From Lama guanicoe (taxonomy: Eukaryota), in the NCBI GenBank assembly GCA_013239625.1, contig MU053520.1:780530-844529 (forward strand): a stretch of DNA of 64,000 nt. Reading direction: 5' to 3'. Both the position numbers and the translations under genes were made by a program. Below are positions 1 to 12,769 of the stretch, piece by piece. Under the pieces are notes generated by a model. It searched no databases. It saw only the letters and a program-made list of their open reading frames with translations, and had not been told where the DNA came from. Within the stretch, counting starts at the first letter, position 1, and every line of letters begins with the position of its first letter.

Positions 1-200
1 GCAGCCCTAGGGAATCCATATGTATTTGGGTGCTGGGAAGTGGGGTGCTCCTGTGACAAATAGCCAAAAATGTGCAAGTGTCTTGAAATTGGATAATGGG
101 TAAAAACTGGAAGAGTTTTGAGGTACATGACAGGAAAAAAAACTTAGACTGCCTGGAAGGATCTGTCAGTAGAAATAAGAACATTAAAGGAGATTATAGT
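1..200 (+). mobile_element. MaLR (MLT1-type) LTR 3' end followed by start of internal region
   Basis: gcagccctagg... LTR end, then ggggtgctcctgtgacaaatagccaaaaatgtg...ggataatggg...ctggaagagttttgaggtacatg, resembling the MLT1-int 5' consensus. Confidence 0.65.
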
Positions 201-585
201 GAGAAATCCCCACCAATCTATAGTCTACTGGAGGGATAGTGGTAATTGAGAGAAAGTTCACTGATGTTAAGAATACAACCTTTGCTGTTTGTATGTTTGT
301 TCATGAAGAAGAGCATCTGCTGAAGCAACTCCTCCAGAAAAGCAACTTAATCTGAAGGGTCATGTTGAGATCCTTGGACTTTGTGTAGAGTGTATTTCCC
401 ACTTCCTGGGGAAAAGTACCTTCTCACCAGAAGTGTCCCTTCTGACTCAGGATATGCATTTTTATTCAATTTGCCAAAGGAGCTGATGGAGACAAATGTC
501 AGAAATCCAGAGCTCCTTAAAGATTGAACGTTATAATATCAAAAGAAGCAATATTATCATAATTAATCAAGTATGTCCACTGTAC

Positions 586-800
586 TCATTCATTCACCAG
601 TTACTGAGCATCTGCTCTGAACTAAGACTGTGCTCCATGATGTGAGCACTTCTGACACAGCCTCTATATGAAATGAAAATTCCAGTGGGCTACAGTAGTA
701 CATTTTGGGGGCAACTAGTGGAGTCAAAGAATTCTCAGAGGAAGTGACAGTGAAATTGAGGCTTAAAAGATGCAAGAAAAATGTCTTAACCTGAGTATAG
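586..800 (-). mobile_element. L2 3' fragment
   Basis: tcattcattcacc...actgagcatctgct... is the reverse complement of the L2 terminus; also gaggaagtgacagtgaaattgagg. Confidence 0.5.
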
Positions 801-1096
801 TTAGCCAGCATATCTCCCAAGTTGTATAAGACAAGGGGTTCTTAATAATTAATCTTGAAACAGGTGGGGAATCCACTAGAGGAAGCCAGTAGGGTGGTTT
901 TAGGGATATGTGGTGGAAGAAGGACCCTAAAATGTGCTGTTAATTACACAGACTCTCACAGGCTACCAATCTGTGACACATCATAAAACAAAAATGAATC
1001 AAGAGCAAAATTATAAGAAAAAACAATAAAGAAAGCATAGATGATTAAGCAGATCAAACATATGAAAAAAACTGAGAAAAAAATTAAGAGCTAAGA

Positions 1097-1367
1097 GTGG
1101 GGTGGAAAGGGACAAACTGGGAGTTTGAGATTTGTAGATACTGGCAGGTATATATAGAATATATAAACAAGTTTATATTGTAGAGCACAGGGAAATATAT
1201 TCAAGATCTTGTAGTAGCTCACGGTGAAAAAGAATATGAAAATGAATATATGCATATTCATGTATGACTGAAAAATTGTGCTATATACCAGAAATTTACA
1301 CACTATTGTAAACTGACTATAACTCAATTAGGAAAAGAAAAAGAAAAGAAAAGCTACTTAAATGTTA
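1097..1367 (+). mobile_element. Young camelid-type L1, 5'-truncated 3'UTR with 20-bp TSD
   Basis: 3'UTR similar to the copies at 3469, 29392 and 62778; (GAAAA)n tail; perfect direct repeat aaaaaaattaagagctaaga at 1077-1096 and 1368-1387. Confidence 0.9.
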
Positions 1368-2989
1368 AAAAAAATTAAGAGCTAAGAAAGTATTAAAAAA
1401 TTCCAAAAATGATTTAATAATTAAATAAACAATTAACTTAAAAAGGTGCTAAATTATGTTATAATATAAGAATCAGAAGACGACAACAACAAATGAGGTA
1501 AATAGGAAAAACAGTAAGAGGATGAAAGGCAGCTCAAGAATTAGCAAGTTTTTTAAAGAGGTTATGAACAAAGTAGTTTCAAAGGGATAAAGTAGAGATA
1601 AAAATCTAGAAGCAAAATAAGGACAGTATTGTATAAGATGAAGTCTGATGATAAAAGGAACACATAGTAGGACTTAGAGTAAGAATGTCAGCATTGCAGG
1701 GGAGAAAGAAAAACCAACGGTTTCGACAAGCCAATCAAATGCTTTGCTTAATGAATGTCTGGATACAAGGTTGTATCCCCTGCATTTGCTTTCTTTCCTA
1801 GCTGGCAAGAGCCTGAGAGCAAAGAGTTACTCAAAGTCTTTCTTCCCTCACCTTAGATTAAGCAACAGGACAGCCTGAATACCTGTCAGTGAGGTTAGAG
1901 CCTTTGACAGAGGACAGCAAGGTGCATCGGCAGAATCTAGTAAATTTGCAGACCTCCAACCTGGAACATGTTTGCTGCCCACTTTATTTTGTAAGGAAGA
2001 AATACATTTCAATTCAAAGTATTGTTTTATTTGTTCAAATAAGCAACATACCTCCTTCTGAAGGAACCATATCTCTTTTCTAATGGTATTTATTAATATA
2101 TCATTATGATTATACTTACAGTCTTATTTCAGTCTCTTGCTGGGATATAAAAATCTCATATTCTTACAAGAACTACTGCTTTGACTGGACAGGATAACAA
2201 ATATTGGTTTCAAATTCTCTATATCCGAGAAGATGCTTCTTCAAAATCCATCACTATTTGGTGGTCTCTGCTGATTCAGAATGATCAAGTTAATATCCAG
2301 CTTGCTCCTGTTTGAATTACAATTGGGAAAAGCCTTACACATTCTTTGAAACTGGAAATGAATAGCCAGCAGAGGAGTGTTACAAGTGCCGTATATGTGC
2401 AATATAGCAGAGTGAAGCTATGATTAAGAGAGGCAGAATTAGCCCAGTCTCTCAAAGTCATAAGCTTGAGGTAGAAGGGGTCCTTCTGGCAGTCTTTCAA
2501 ATTACATCCTGTGGAATGCGTGAGACAACTCTATGCTCAAGTAAGGAAAAAAAAGAAAAGCTTAATTAAAAAAAAAAAGATTTTAACAATATAATTTTCC
2601 TGATTTCCTACTTTAGCAAAAATTTCTACATTGGCAATTGAAAAATTAATTAGAGTCAAGATGTTCAGGAAATTAACTTTGGTAGCATTAGATAGGAAGA
2701 CATAATGCTTTAGAGTGTGTCATGTTTGGTACATCATGCTTAACATGATTTTGAGGAAAGAATTGAAAAATGAGGTGTAAAAGGTAGAGCTTACTGTTTT
2801 GTATCACCTTGGCATTTTTTTTATGCTCTTACCTGCAATCATAAAGCATCTCTACCTGTATATTAATAGTGCATTATTCATCTTCAGGCATACTCCAGAC
2901 TGGACCTTTATCTTAACTGAGTCATCAAGGACATAAGCATTTATAATGAAATACAGCCTTCTTCCTAAAGGAAAGATCTGAATTAATTT

Positions 2990-4675
2990 CTTTCTTTTTT
3001 CAATTGTAGTAAAGAACAAGTAACATAAAATTTGTCATATTAACCACTTTTAAGTGCGCATTTCAGTAGTGTTAACTATATTCACATTGTTGAATAACAG
3101 ATCTCTAAGAACTGCTTCATTTTGCAAATTTGAAACTCTATACCATTAAACAACAACTCTCCTTTCCCCTACTCCTTCCAGCCCCTGACAACCACATTCT
3201 ACTTTAGATACCTCAAATAAGTAGAATCATACAGTATATATCTTTTTGTGACTGGCTTATTTCACTTAGTATAATATCGACAAGGTTCATCCATGTGTAG
3301 CATGTGACAAGATTTCCTTCCTTTTTGTTAAGACTGAATAATATTATGTTGTATGTACATGACATTTTGTCTATTCATTCAATCATCAATGGACATTTGT
3401 GTTGTATCCACTTCTTGGTTATTGGGATTGGGGCAGCTATGAACATGCATGCACAAATACCTCTTCAACACAGAAATAGACTCACAGACAGAGAATACAG
3501 ACTTGTGGTTACCAGAGGGGTGGAGGGTGGGAAGGGTTAGACTGGGATTTCAAAATTGTAGAATAGATAAACAAGATTACACTGTATAGCACAGGGAAAT
3601 ATACTCAAAATGTTATGATATTTATGATAACTCAGAGAAAAAAAAAACGTGACAATGAGTGTGTATATGTCCATGAATGACTGAAAAATTGTGCTGAACA
3701 CTGGAATTTGACACATTGTAAAATGATTATAAGTCAATAAAAATGTTTAAAAAAATACCTTTTCAATACCATGCTTTCAGTTTATCTGTATATATACCCA
3801 GAAGTGGGACTGATGGATAATATGGTAGTTCTATTGTTAATTTCTTTCAGGAACATTCATATTATTTTCCAAGCCATTTTACAATCCTTTCAATGATGGA
3901 TAAGGGTTTCAATCTCTCTACATCTCTACTAAAACTTGTTATTTTGTGTTTTTTGTTTGTTTGTTTGATAATATCCATCCCAATGGATGTGAAGGGATAT
4001 CTTATTATTGTTTTGGTTTGCATTTCCCTGATGATTAGTGATGCAGAGCATCTTTTCATGTTTGTTAGCCAAACGTCTATTCAAATCCTTTGCCCATATT
4101 TTAATTGGATTACTTGATTTTTGTTGTTGAGTTGTAGGAGGTCTTTATATATTCTGGATGTCAACTCCTTATCAGATATATGATTTGCAAATATCTTCTC
4201 CCATTGCACAGATTGCTTTTTACTCTCTTGATTGTGTCCTTTGGTGCACAAAAGTATTTTAAGTTTAATGCAGTTCCATTTGTCTATTTTTGCTTTTGTT
4301 GCCTCTGATTTTGGTATGATATTCAAAAAATCATTGCCAAATCCAGCATCATGATTTTTTTCCCTTATGTTTTCTTCTGAGAATTTATGGTTTTAGATTT
4401 ACATCAATTGTGATGATTGTGTATGTGTGTGTGTGTATGCTTTTTCTCCCTCTGTTATTGTGGTATATTCCATTGATTGATTTTTGTGTTGAACCATCCT
4501 TGCTTTCCAGGAGTAATCCCACTTGATCACAGTGTATAATTCTTTTAATGTATTGCTAAATTTGTTTTGACAGCATCTGGTTGAGATTTTTTCTGTGAAT
4601 ATTTATCAGGGATATTGGTCTATATTCTTCTGATAATGTCTGTTTGGTTTTGATATCAGGGTAATGATATCACAG
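2990..4675 (-). mobile_element. Old L1 (L1MA/L1MB-like) 3'UTR plus degenerate ORF2 end, interrupted by a younger L1
   Basis: Antisense L1 motifs (gactggcttatttcacttag, catttccctgatgattagtgatgcagagcatcttttcatg); minus-strand ORFs 3862-4059 and 4081-4326 read like L1 ORF2 C-terminus (CSASLIIREMQ, KAKIDKWNCIKLK, WEKIFANHISDK). Confidence 0.9.
3469..3752 (+). mobile_element. Young camelid-type L1 3' end nested in the old L1
   Basis: cagaaatagactcacagac...aataaaaatgtttaaaa; TSD aaatacctcttcaa (3455-3468) / aaataccttttcaa (3753-3766). Confidence 0.9.
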
Positions 4676-5604
4676 AGTAAGTACAGAATGAGCTTCATAG
4701 AATGAGCTTGGAAGAGTGTGGTTTTAGGGAGTGCAGAGCAGAACACACTTCAAACTTCACAGGCCTGGGAGTAACTGTGTTTTTTAGCAAAGAAAATGTT
4801 TGGAGACATAGGTCAGGAGCAGGCATAGAGAGAGAAACAAAATTGCTTAACACTCCAGTGTTTAAGTAACCTGGAGTGATTCCCAAAGACTGGTCAATGG
4901 ACCAGTATAGGTACTCAGATTCTTCCAGGCCTTTCATGAAATTGTAAATGGCCCATGAGAAAAAAATGAGTGCAAATTCATATATACTCTTCAAAGAGGT
5001 AAAGGTATTCAAAGAGCTAAAGTTTAAAATAAACATTCTATCCTGAGATGAAAACCTTCCAAATTTTTTATGGCAAATAATATAAATTTGTATGATATAA
5101 TGGTGATAATATTTACCATTGAGCCATAAGCAGGATGGTCAAATAAATTCTGGAAGTGCTTAAGCACAAGGGACTCAAATGTGGCCCACCATTGTACTAA
5201 ACATTATCAGGTGTGACCACAAGTTGCTCACTTCCCCCATTCCTAAGAGCAGCCCGATCTCTGTTTAGTAAATATGTCTTCTTTTTTGTGTATTGACTTC
5301 CTTTGGCAGGATGATAAATCCAGACACCTGCTTCCAACTCCAAGAACGTGTGGCTCCATATCTATTGTTTTCCCATCCAAGTACAACTATGGGGCAGATG
5401 TATGACAATTGGAAACTTCTTTTTTTTTTTTAGAACAACACTTACAGGATGCTTGTTACTGTGGTTCCTGCTTCTTGGCTCCCTAGAAACACTCCTGTCC
5501 TAAGCCCAATTATCTTTTATTTGTATACATATATATATAATTTATGAATACTTGTCTTATTTTTCATTACTAATAAACCAGAAACTAGCTGATGTATTTA
5601 CTAA

Positions 5605-5750
5605 ACACTTGTGTAGCCTTGAGGAAATTATATTCTTTCGGGGTGATGATAATAGTACCTGCCTTAGAGGGTAGTTGAGAAAATTAAGCAGGTTATTATA
5701 GGTTAAGCGCTTGGCATGTAGTTAGCTATTTTATTATTGTTATTGCTGTT
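5605..5750 (+). mobile_element. MIR SINE fragment
   Basis: gataatagtacctgccttagagggtagttgagaaaattaa...gcgcttggcatgtagttagctattttattatt resembles the MIR core and 3' end. Confidence 0.6.
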
Positions 5751-7023
5751 ACTGCCACACAGAGTGCACAATCACAAGCCACAAGACATTACAAAAACAT
5801 GGATGTCTGCCCCGTGGCTATTAGACATTCTTATAAAAGCTAACAGAGTAAAAGCTTAGAGGCTTCCTCTTACAAATCCAACAACCACCTTTAAAATCAA
5901 TTTCCAAGCATAAAACATGACTTTGGTTTAGAAATAAATGGAATTAATTTGCAGTGCCTGCTTCTAAGCCTTGCTTCCTAATGCTGACTCTCACTCCCCA
6001 ATTACCGTAAGTGGCTTTGCTTATTTCAAAATCCCCATAGTATTTATTCAAATAAAATTCTCCAGGATATCAGCATTGTTCAGTTGTAGTGGGCTTCCTC
6101 GACAGTGAACTATCAGCCACAAATTACTTTCTCAAATTGCAGAGAAAAGAAGAATACCTTCTTTATTCTCCTCAATATAGCAACCATCCTAGGCAGAAAC
6201 CAGAGAAAGCCATGTATGTGATGTGTTGCTGAGTATATGGTAGAATTTATTATAACCTGATTAATCAACCAATCAATCCTTTCTGCTAATCCTTTGTCCC
6301 TTGGTAGTAAATTATAAAGTGAAAGCAAAAAATATGAACTCAATCTAAAACAGCAACAGCATATTATTTCACTCACTTTGCACATTTTTGCCTTTTAATC
6401 TTATGGTCTCTTTCATGTGCTCTTTGATTCCAGTGGAAAACTTGAATATGTGGATGGATTTTTTTCCCCATGGAATTAATTGGGGTATTTGAGAAGGGGA
6501 TCCAAGCTGACAAGTACATGCTGATGAAAGGCTTCTGCTTTCAGTTATAGAGAGCGAAACTTACATCTTCTCTCCTCCTTTGGTGCAAGCTCACATAAAT
6601 GAGAACGTTATTACAGGAACCACAGAAGGCATTTTTTATGCATGATTTTTGACTACTCAGAGCTCATTGACCCAAGCCTGCCTGGGATGTTTAAGGCTCA
6701 TGTACAAGGAGTGGAGATCTCCTGGGTTCTCACGATGCTCAACTGTTATACTAGGAACTGGGTAAGACTGCACAAGACAGTGATATGTGTGCACAGCAGG
6801 CTTAATCTTCTGCCTGTAAGTGTAGAGACACATGGTTTTGGATTATTATTTTACCTTGCAAAATATCCTCAGGATTTTTCTGACAAGAGATCTTTTTATT
6901 ACACACAGAGATCAATATCTTATATTCACAATGTTTCATTGTTATGGCTCAGAATCAAGCTGTTTGCTGCACATTTCCTTGAAAACTGGCAAGTTGGGGT
7001 AAGGGAGGAAGATAACCATATTT

Positions 7024-7094
7024 AAAAAAAAAAGAAAGACAGAAAGACAACAGAAAGAAAAGAAGGAAGGAAGAAAGAAAGAAAGAAAGACAGA
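7024..7094 (+). repeat. A-rich (GAAA)n/(GGAA)n simple repeat
   Basis: Directly visible purine tract. Confidence 0.9.
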
Positions 7095-7619
7095 CTGCAT
7101 TAATTATTGACCTGTCGTGTTTTCATGACTGCTTTTGGCTTCATGTCTATATGGATTTCAGTTAAGAGCACAGGGTAAAATGAGCCTGGCTGTTTTCCCA
7201 GCTATCAACTCCAGCAGGCATAGCCTTTTCATCAGGTCCTCCAAAGTGGAAGTAACAGCATTGACTTGAGTTGGAAGGTTTATGAATAGTCTTCATCTTT
7301 CTACATTCAAACAGTGCTAGTTTTTTCAATACATCAAAAAATATAGTTGTTACTTTATTGTTAACAGTGCTTATTTGAGTCGCTTCCAATGAAGCAAATA
7401 AAATAAGTAATGCCCAGTTTCTATTGTCATGGTAAGAATATTAACAGGGGCCAGTGAAATAGAGACAAGGCAAATAGATTAAATGAGGAAATGCGCTTAG
7501 CATAATGGCTGACACAGAGCTGCATAAACGTGAGTTAAAATGGTAAGAGATATTGTTGTTAATACTCTCTTAAACTAGATCTGAGTGATAACCTTTTATC
7601 TTACAGTTCCAGTAACTTC

Positions 7620-7850
7620 CTCTGTGGTGAGAAATCTCAAACCTGCATCTCTAACCCAGCTCTCTAAAGAGTTCCAGACATAAATAGCTGATTGATTGAA
7701 TCCAATATTCTCTTCAGACACCTCCAACCAATCATACCCAAAAGGGAGATCAGCGTCTCCGCCCTTCCCCTGTGACACTTTTTGTCCTGACCCCAAAATT
7801 GGAAACCTGGGAGCCCTCTCAGACTCCTTACTCTCTCCTCATTTCTAGTG
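7620..7850 (+). mobile_element. L2 fragment
   Basis: aaatctcaaacctgcatctctaacccagctctct...gagttccagac...cacctccaac...gaaacctgggag resembles the L2 3' region. Confidence 0.5.
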
Positions 7851-8074
7851 GGTCACGATGCCACTTGATTTCAGTTCCAGCCTCTCTCCAGTTCCTCACT
7901 CCTCTTGTTGCTTACACTTCCTGTTTTCTTTTCTTGCTCACATGCACATTTTTCTCAAAAAATTATTGCAAGGTCTTTGGCACTTTTAGATGTCTTATCC
8001 TTAAAATTATAGCACACAATCACATGTACGTACTAACATATATATTACCATATATATTGTATATATTTGAAGTA

Positions 8075-8290
8075 GGGTCAGCTACATAATTTGTGGGGAC
8101 CTGCAGAATTTAAATGAGGGACTCTTACTCAAACCCTGGCAAAAAGTGTTGTGAAAGAACTAAATATATAAACATTTCTTTTTTTCCTGCAGTCTCTTTG
8201 TTTCTTTCTTTTCTCTTCATCCTTCATGGTGATTTTTACCTGTTCTTCAGTGTCACATTGCCTCCATCAAGGGGATATTCATAGGGTAAA
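8075..8290 (+). mobile_element. hAT-Tip100-like (MER45-like) DNA transposon fragment
   Basis: gggtcagctacataatttgtggggacctgcagaatttaaatg resembles the MER45 5' end. Confidence 0.45.
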
Positions 8291-8303
8291 CAAAGAAACA
8301 GCG

Positions 8304-8478
8304 AGGGAGGGTAGAGCTCAGTGTAGAGTGCGTGGTTGGCATGCATGAGGTCCTGGGGTCAATCCTCAGAACCTCTGTTAAATAATAAATAAATAAACAA
8401 ACAAACAAGCAAACAAACCCACAAACCAACCAACCAAATTAATTTCTCCCCCACCCCTCACCGGGAAAAAAAAAAAAA
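8304..8478 (+). mobile_element. tRNA-Ala-derived SINE (camelid Vic-1 type)
   Basis: gggagggtagagctcagtgtagagtgcgtg...gcatgcatgaggtcctggggtcaatcc with A- and B-box-like motifs, followed by (TAAA)/(CAAA) tail and poly(A). Confidence 0.85.
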
Positions 8479-8814
8479 GAAGAAACTTAGAGGCATCCAG
8501 GGCCAGCTCCATGATTCTATACACAGGAATTTCATGGCCCACCAGCATCTGGTTCCCTTCTACCACCTGCCAGACCTAGTGGGGTCCAGGAAGTCAATAT
8601 CCCCTTCGCTTGGACCTGGTCCCCAACACATAGCAGACCACTGCTCCTAAGTGATCAAAAGTTCCATGCTAGGATGTTATTGGTATCTGGATCAAGGATA
8701 GGTGGCAGTCTCTTCCCTGCCTAGTCACCTCCAGAATGAGTAATAAGTCATGATAATGTATTCTTAGAGGATTCCAAATTTTCCCTCTTAGTAAAATATA
8801 ATGTGATGATTAAC

Positions 8815-8992
8815 TATATAAACTTTGGAGTCCCAGAGCTTTGGATCTACCATTCACTAGCTTTGTGATCTTGAATACGTTTCTTAGACTCTCTGAGCCT
8901 CTGATCTTCACAGAGAAATCTGCCAAATGAGGTAATAATGGTACCAATTTTACAGGCTAGTTCTAAGGGCTAAATGGAAACCATCATTAAAT
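8815..8992 (+). mobile_element. MIR SINE (3' part duplicated at 9698-9830)
   Basis: ctttggagtcccagag...cattcactagctttgtgatcttg...ctctctgagcctc...taataatggtacc. Confidence 0.75.
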
Positions 8993-10535
8993 ATATAAAA
9001 TAGTCTACTTTATTTTATTTATTGCTGTCTTCTATGATCCTAAATGATCTCTTACTAATATTTCCTCCATGATTTATTCTGTTGGCATTTTCCTATTATG
9101 ATTTTTCTTATCTCTTCAATTTAAAAATTTTTGTATCATTTTATGGATAGTGGGTCTTGAGAAAAATAGTGTGTAGCTAAATTTCTTCAAAACCATGGAG
9201 GAGTTTCATGGGGAATATAAATAAATTCATTTTTACTATTTACTATTTATTTTTACTGTTACTTTTATTTTTCCTATTTCAGAGTTTTGCTGGATTAAAA
9301 AAAACCTTTTGATTAGTTCCTTTTTACTACTTAGTAGTTTGGAAATTTTACATTCTTTAAAATGCTTCTTTTGATTTCTCTTACATTTTTAATAAACATC
9401 TATTAACAGAGATGTTTTTCTATCTACTAACCCTGAAACAAAACAAAACTCAGGCTTTTTTCACCTACTATCATTGCTTTTTTTTTTCACATTTCTTAAA
9501 TTTGAGACCCACTATTTCCTGTGTCATTTCCTTCTCTTTTTGAAGTTTACTTTTTGTTCTTTTGGAGCACATTCTCCAGTTTTTACCACAGATGAACAGT
9601 ATGAATCGTTACAAGTCTGAAAAATGCATTCATTTCCTCCCCCTAATTGAATGCTGTAACAGCAAGGTATCAATCTCATTTCTTTTCCTTCTTTGCAAGA
9701 CTCTCTGAGCCTCTGATCTTCACAGAGAAATCTGCCAAATGAGGTAATAATGGTACCAATTTTACAGGCTAGTTCTTAAGGGCTAAATGGAACCATCATT
9801 AAATTGCTTATCTAATACTGGCTTTCACTGATATAAAATAGTCTACTTTATTTTATTTATTGCTGTCTTCTATGATCCTAAATGATCTCTTACTAATATT
9901 TCCTCCATGATTTATTCTGTTGGCATTTTCCTATTATGATTTTTCTTATCTCTTCAATTTAAAAATTTTTGTATCATTTTATGGATAGTGGGTCTTGAGA
10001 AAAATAGTGTGTAGCTAAATTTCTTCAAAACCATGGAGGAGTTTCATGGGGAATATAAATAAATTCATTTTTACTATTTACTATTTATTTTTACTGTTAC
10101 TTTTATTTTTCCTATTTCAGAGTTTTGCTGGATTAAAAAAAACCTTTTGATTAGTTCCTTTTTACTACTTAGTAGTTTGGAAATTTTACATTCTTTAAAA
10201 TGCTTCTTTTGATTTCTCTTACATTTTTAATAAACATCTATTAACAGAGATGTTTTTCTATCTACTAACCCTGAAACAAAACAAAACTCAGGCTTTTTTC
10301 ACCTACTATCATTGCTTTTTTTTTTCACATTTCTTAAATTTGAGACCCACTATTTCCTGTGTCATTTCCTTCTCTTTTTGAAGTTTACTTTTTGTTCTTT
10401 TGGAGCACATTCTCCAGTTTTTACCACAGATGAACAGTATGAATCGTTACAAGTCTGAAAAATGCATTCATTTCCTCCCCCTAATTGAATGCTGTAACAG
10501 CAAGGTATCAATCTCATTTCTTTTCCTTCTTTGCA
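8886..10535 (+). repeat. Direct tandem duplication: copy 1 8886-9697 (812 bp), copy 2 9698-10535 (838 bp)
   Basis: Both copies begin agactctctgagcctctgatc and end tcttttccttctttgca; by eye they differ only by two 1-bp indels and a 26-bp indel (9805-9830), all in the first ~130 bp. Confidence 0.97.
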
Positions 10536-11418
10536 GACACTGCACTGCTCTTTCCCCTAATTCTACATTGCAGTTGAGAAATCTGAGGCTGCCCAAGTCT
10601 CATTCCATTACAGATAAACACTTTTTGTTTTGGGTTTTATCTTTCCTTTTTGGAAACCATAAAGATTTTATTTATATCATAGTTGAGATTGATTGAAAAA
10701 TTTCACCACAGTGAGTTTAGATGCGTGTCTGTGTAACTTTTGCTCAGATCTAGTGGACCCTTTTAATCTGAGGACTTTAGTCTTTATATGAAACCAGAAC
10801 ATCAAGCATCAATAGAGTCTACTGAGGAATTAAGAGTCTTCTCTAAAGATGTTAGTGGGAGTCTAGTCAACTGTAATTCAGACTTCCACAGCTTTGTCCC
10901 TTCCTTTATGCCTTAACAAATCCTTCTTAGTTATTCCTTGTGCTTCAAGCACATTCCAGCACATTTTGCTATGAAGTAAATGAGATCATTATTATTTATA
11001 TTATATTGTTACTTTCCATCAAATATTTTCCCTAGTGGGTAAGTTAAGGCTTCTCTCACTCAACACTGCCTTTCTGTGCTGGATCTCTCTGAGGCTAGGT
11101 AGCCAGTGAACAGCCAGTGACATATCACTCCCCTCTCTGAATCTGACACAATTTTATCAAGTACTCACTTTGTATAAACTCTTAGTTGGGCAAGAATTTC
11201 ATGGAAGTGTACACGTTGAATCCAAATGGTATGAGGAAGTAAAGGCTACTTTAAGAATGCCACCAAAATGTTACAAAACATTTTGTTTTCCTTTTGTCCT
11301 TCAAACACTAAGAAGTCATGACTTGGGCTGATTGTTTTTCTGTATTTTTATGGTTCAAGTTGGTTATACCTTTATTGATGTGATTATTATATGAACATCT
11401 CTACCTATACCTATTTCT

Positions 11419-11463
11419 TGTGTGTGTGTGTGTGTGTGTGTGTGTATGCTTGTGTGTGTGTGT
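11419..11463 (+). repeat. Interrupted (TG)n microsatellite
   Basis: Directly visible. Confidence 0.95.
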
Positions 11464-12240
11464 TTACTGCTCCTTGTGAGATTTCTGACTGCTGGAGACA
11501 TTGACTCTGGCTGCATAAATTGGTGAGCTAAAACTGCAGACATGAAGCTGTCCCAGCCTCACTCTCAGGGTTACAAATGATGCTGTCTGGCTAGAGGACA
11601 CTGCATTAATGGGCATTATGGATAGACCAGCTCTATTTCAGAACCGTGCTTTTCAAGCCAATTCCTGTGTCTGAGACCAGGGAGACACAGAAGGCTGTGG
11701 TAGAGGGACTGAAGTTATCCCTGTTTCAGGTGAAAAATAAATTTGAAATCACCTATAAAGTGATTAGATATGTTGCCAATTTAAGAAATTTCAGGCATGC
11801 TGGTGAAAAAAAAAACACCAAACTAATTTTTGCCCAGAGAATCTCTTAAACCCTAGTCTTGTTTTATCTGATGTATTAAACAATAAACAAACAAAACCCT
11901 CTTCTGTTATTTTTCAATCTATGTAAAATTATTTCTCTATTGAGGGACTAGAGTGAAAATGTATTGTTTATAAAGTCAAGTGCATCTTAAAGGGAAGTAG
12001 AGGAAAGCTGTCTTGAGGCAGGGAGGGAGGGAGAAGAGAGAGACACAAGACAAATGGCTAACTTTGGTTCACCATGAGTCAAGAATGCTGGTATGAGAGG
12101 GAGCTCTAAGGTGTCATTAAGAGCCATATGACAGTGGCCTTCTGGGTCAACAACTTTAGTTTCCCTGCATTATTATTTTATTTTACTATCTTTTATTCAC
12201 AGTAAAATTATGGAGATAAAAATATATCTCAAAAGAAGGT

Positions 12241-12728
12241 ATACTACTCATCCATAAAAAAGGATGAAGTAATTCCATTTGCAGCAACATGGATGGACCT
12301 AGAGATGATCAGACTAAAAAAAGTTAAGTCAGAAAAAGACAAATATCCTATAATATTTCTTATATATGGAATCTAGAAAATAAGATACAAATGAATTTAT
12401 TTACAAAACAGAAATAGATGCACAGACATAGAAAACAAACTTACAGTTACCAAGGGGGAAAGGAGAGGAGGGATAAATTCAGGTTTTGAGATTAACAGAA
12501 ACTGATATATATAAAATAGATAAAAAAAACAGGGACTTACTATATAGAGCAAGGAACTGCATTCAATATCTTGTAATAACCTATAATGGAAAAGAATCTG
12601 AAAAAGAACATGCATATACACAAAATCTGTTATATATTATGTATATATAATTAAATCACTTTGCTGTAACCTAAAACTAACACGATGTTATAAATTAACT
12701 ATAATTAAAAAAAAAAGAAAAAAGAAAA
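12241..12728 (+). mobile_element. L1 3' end, cetartiodactyl-type
   Basis: ccatttgcagcaacatggatggacctagag...acagacatagaaaacaaactta...aatcactttgctgt...A-tail. Confidence 0.88.
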
Positions 12729-12769
12729 TGTATAATTATTGATAACTGAGGGAGAATGATTAAGTGAAA

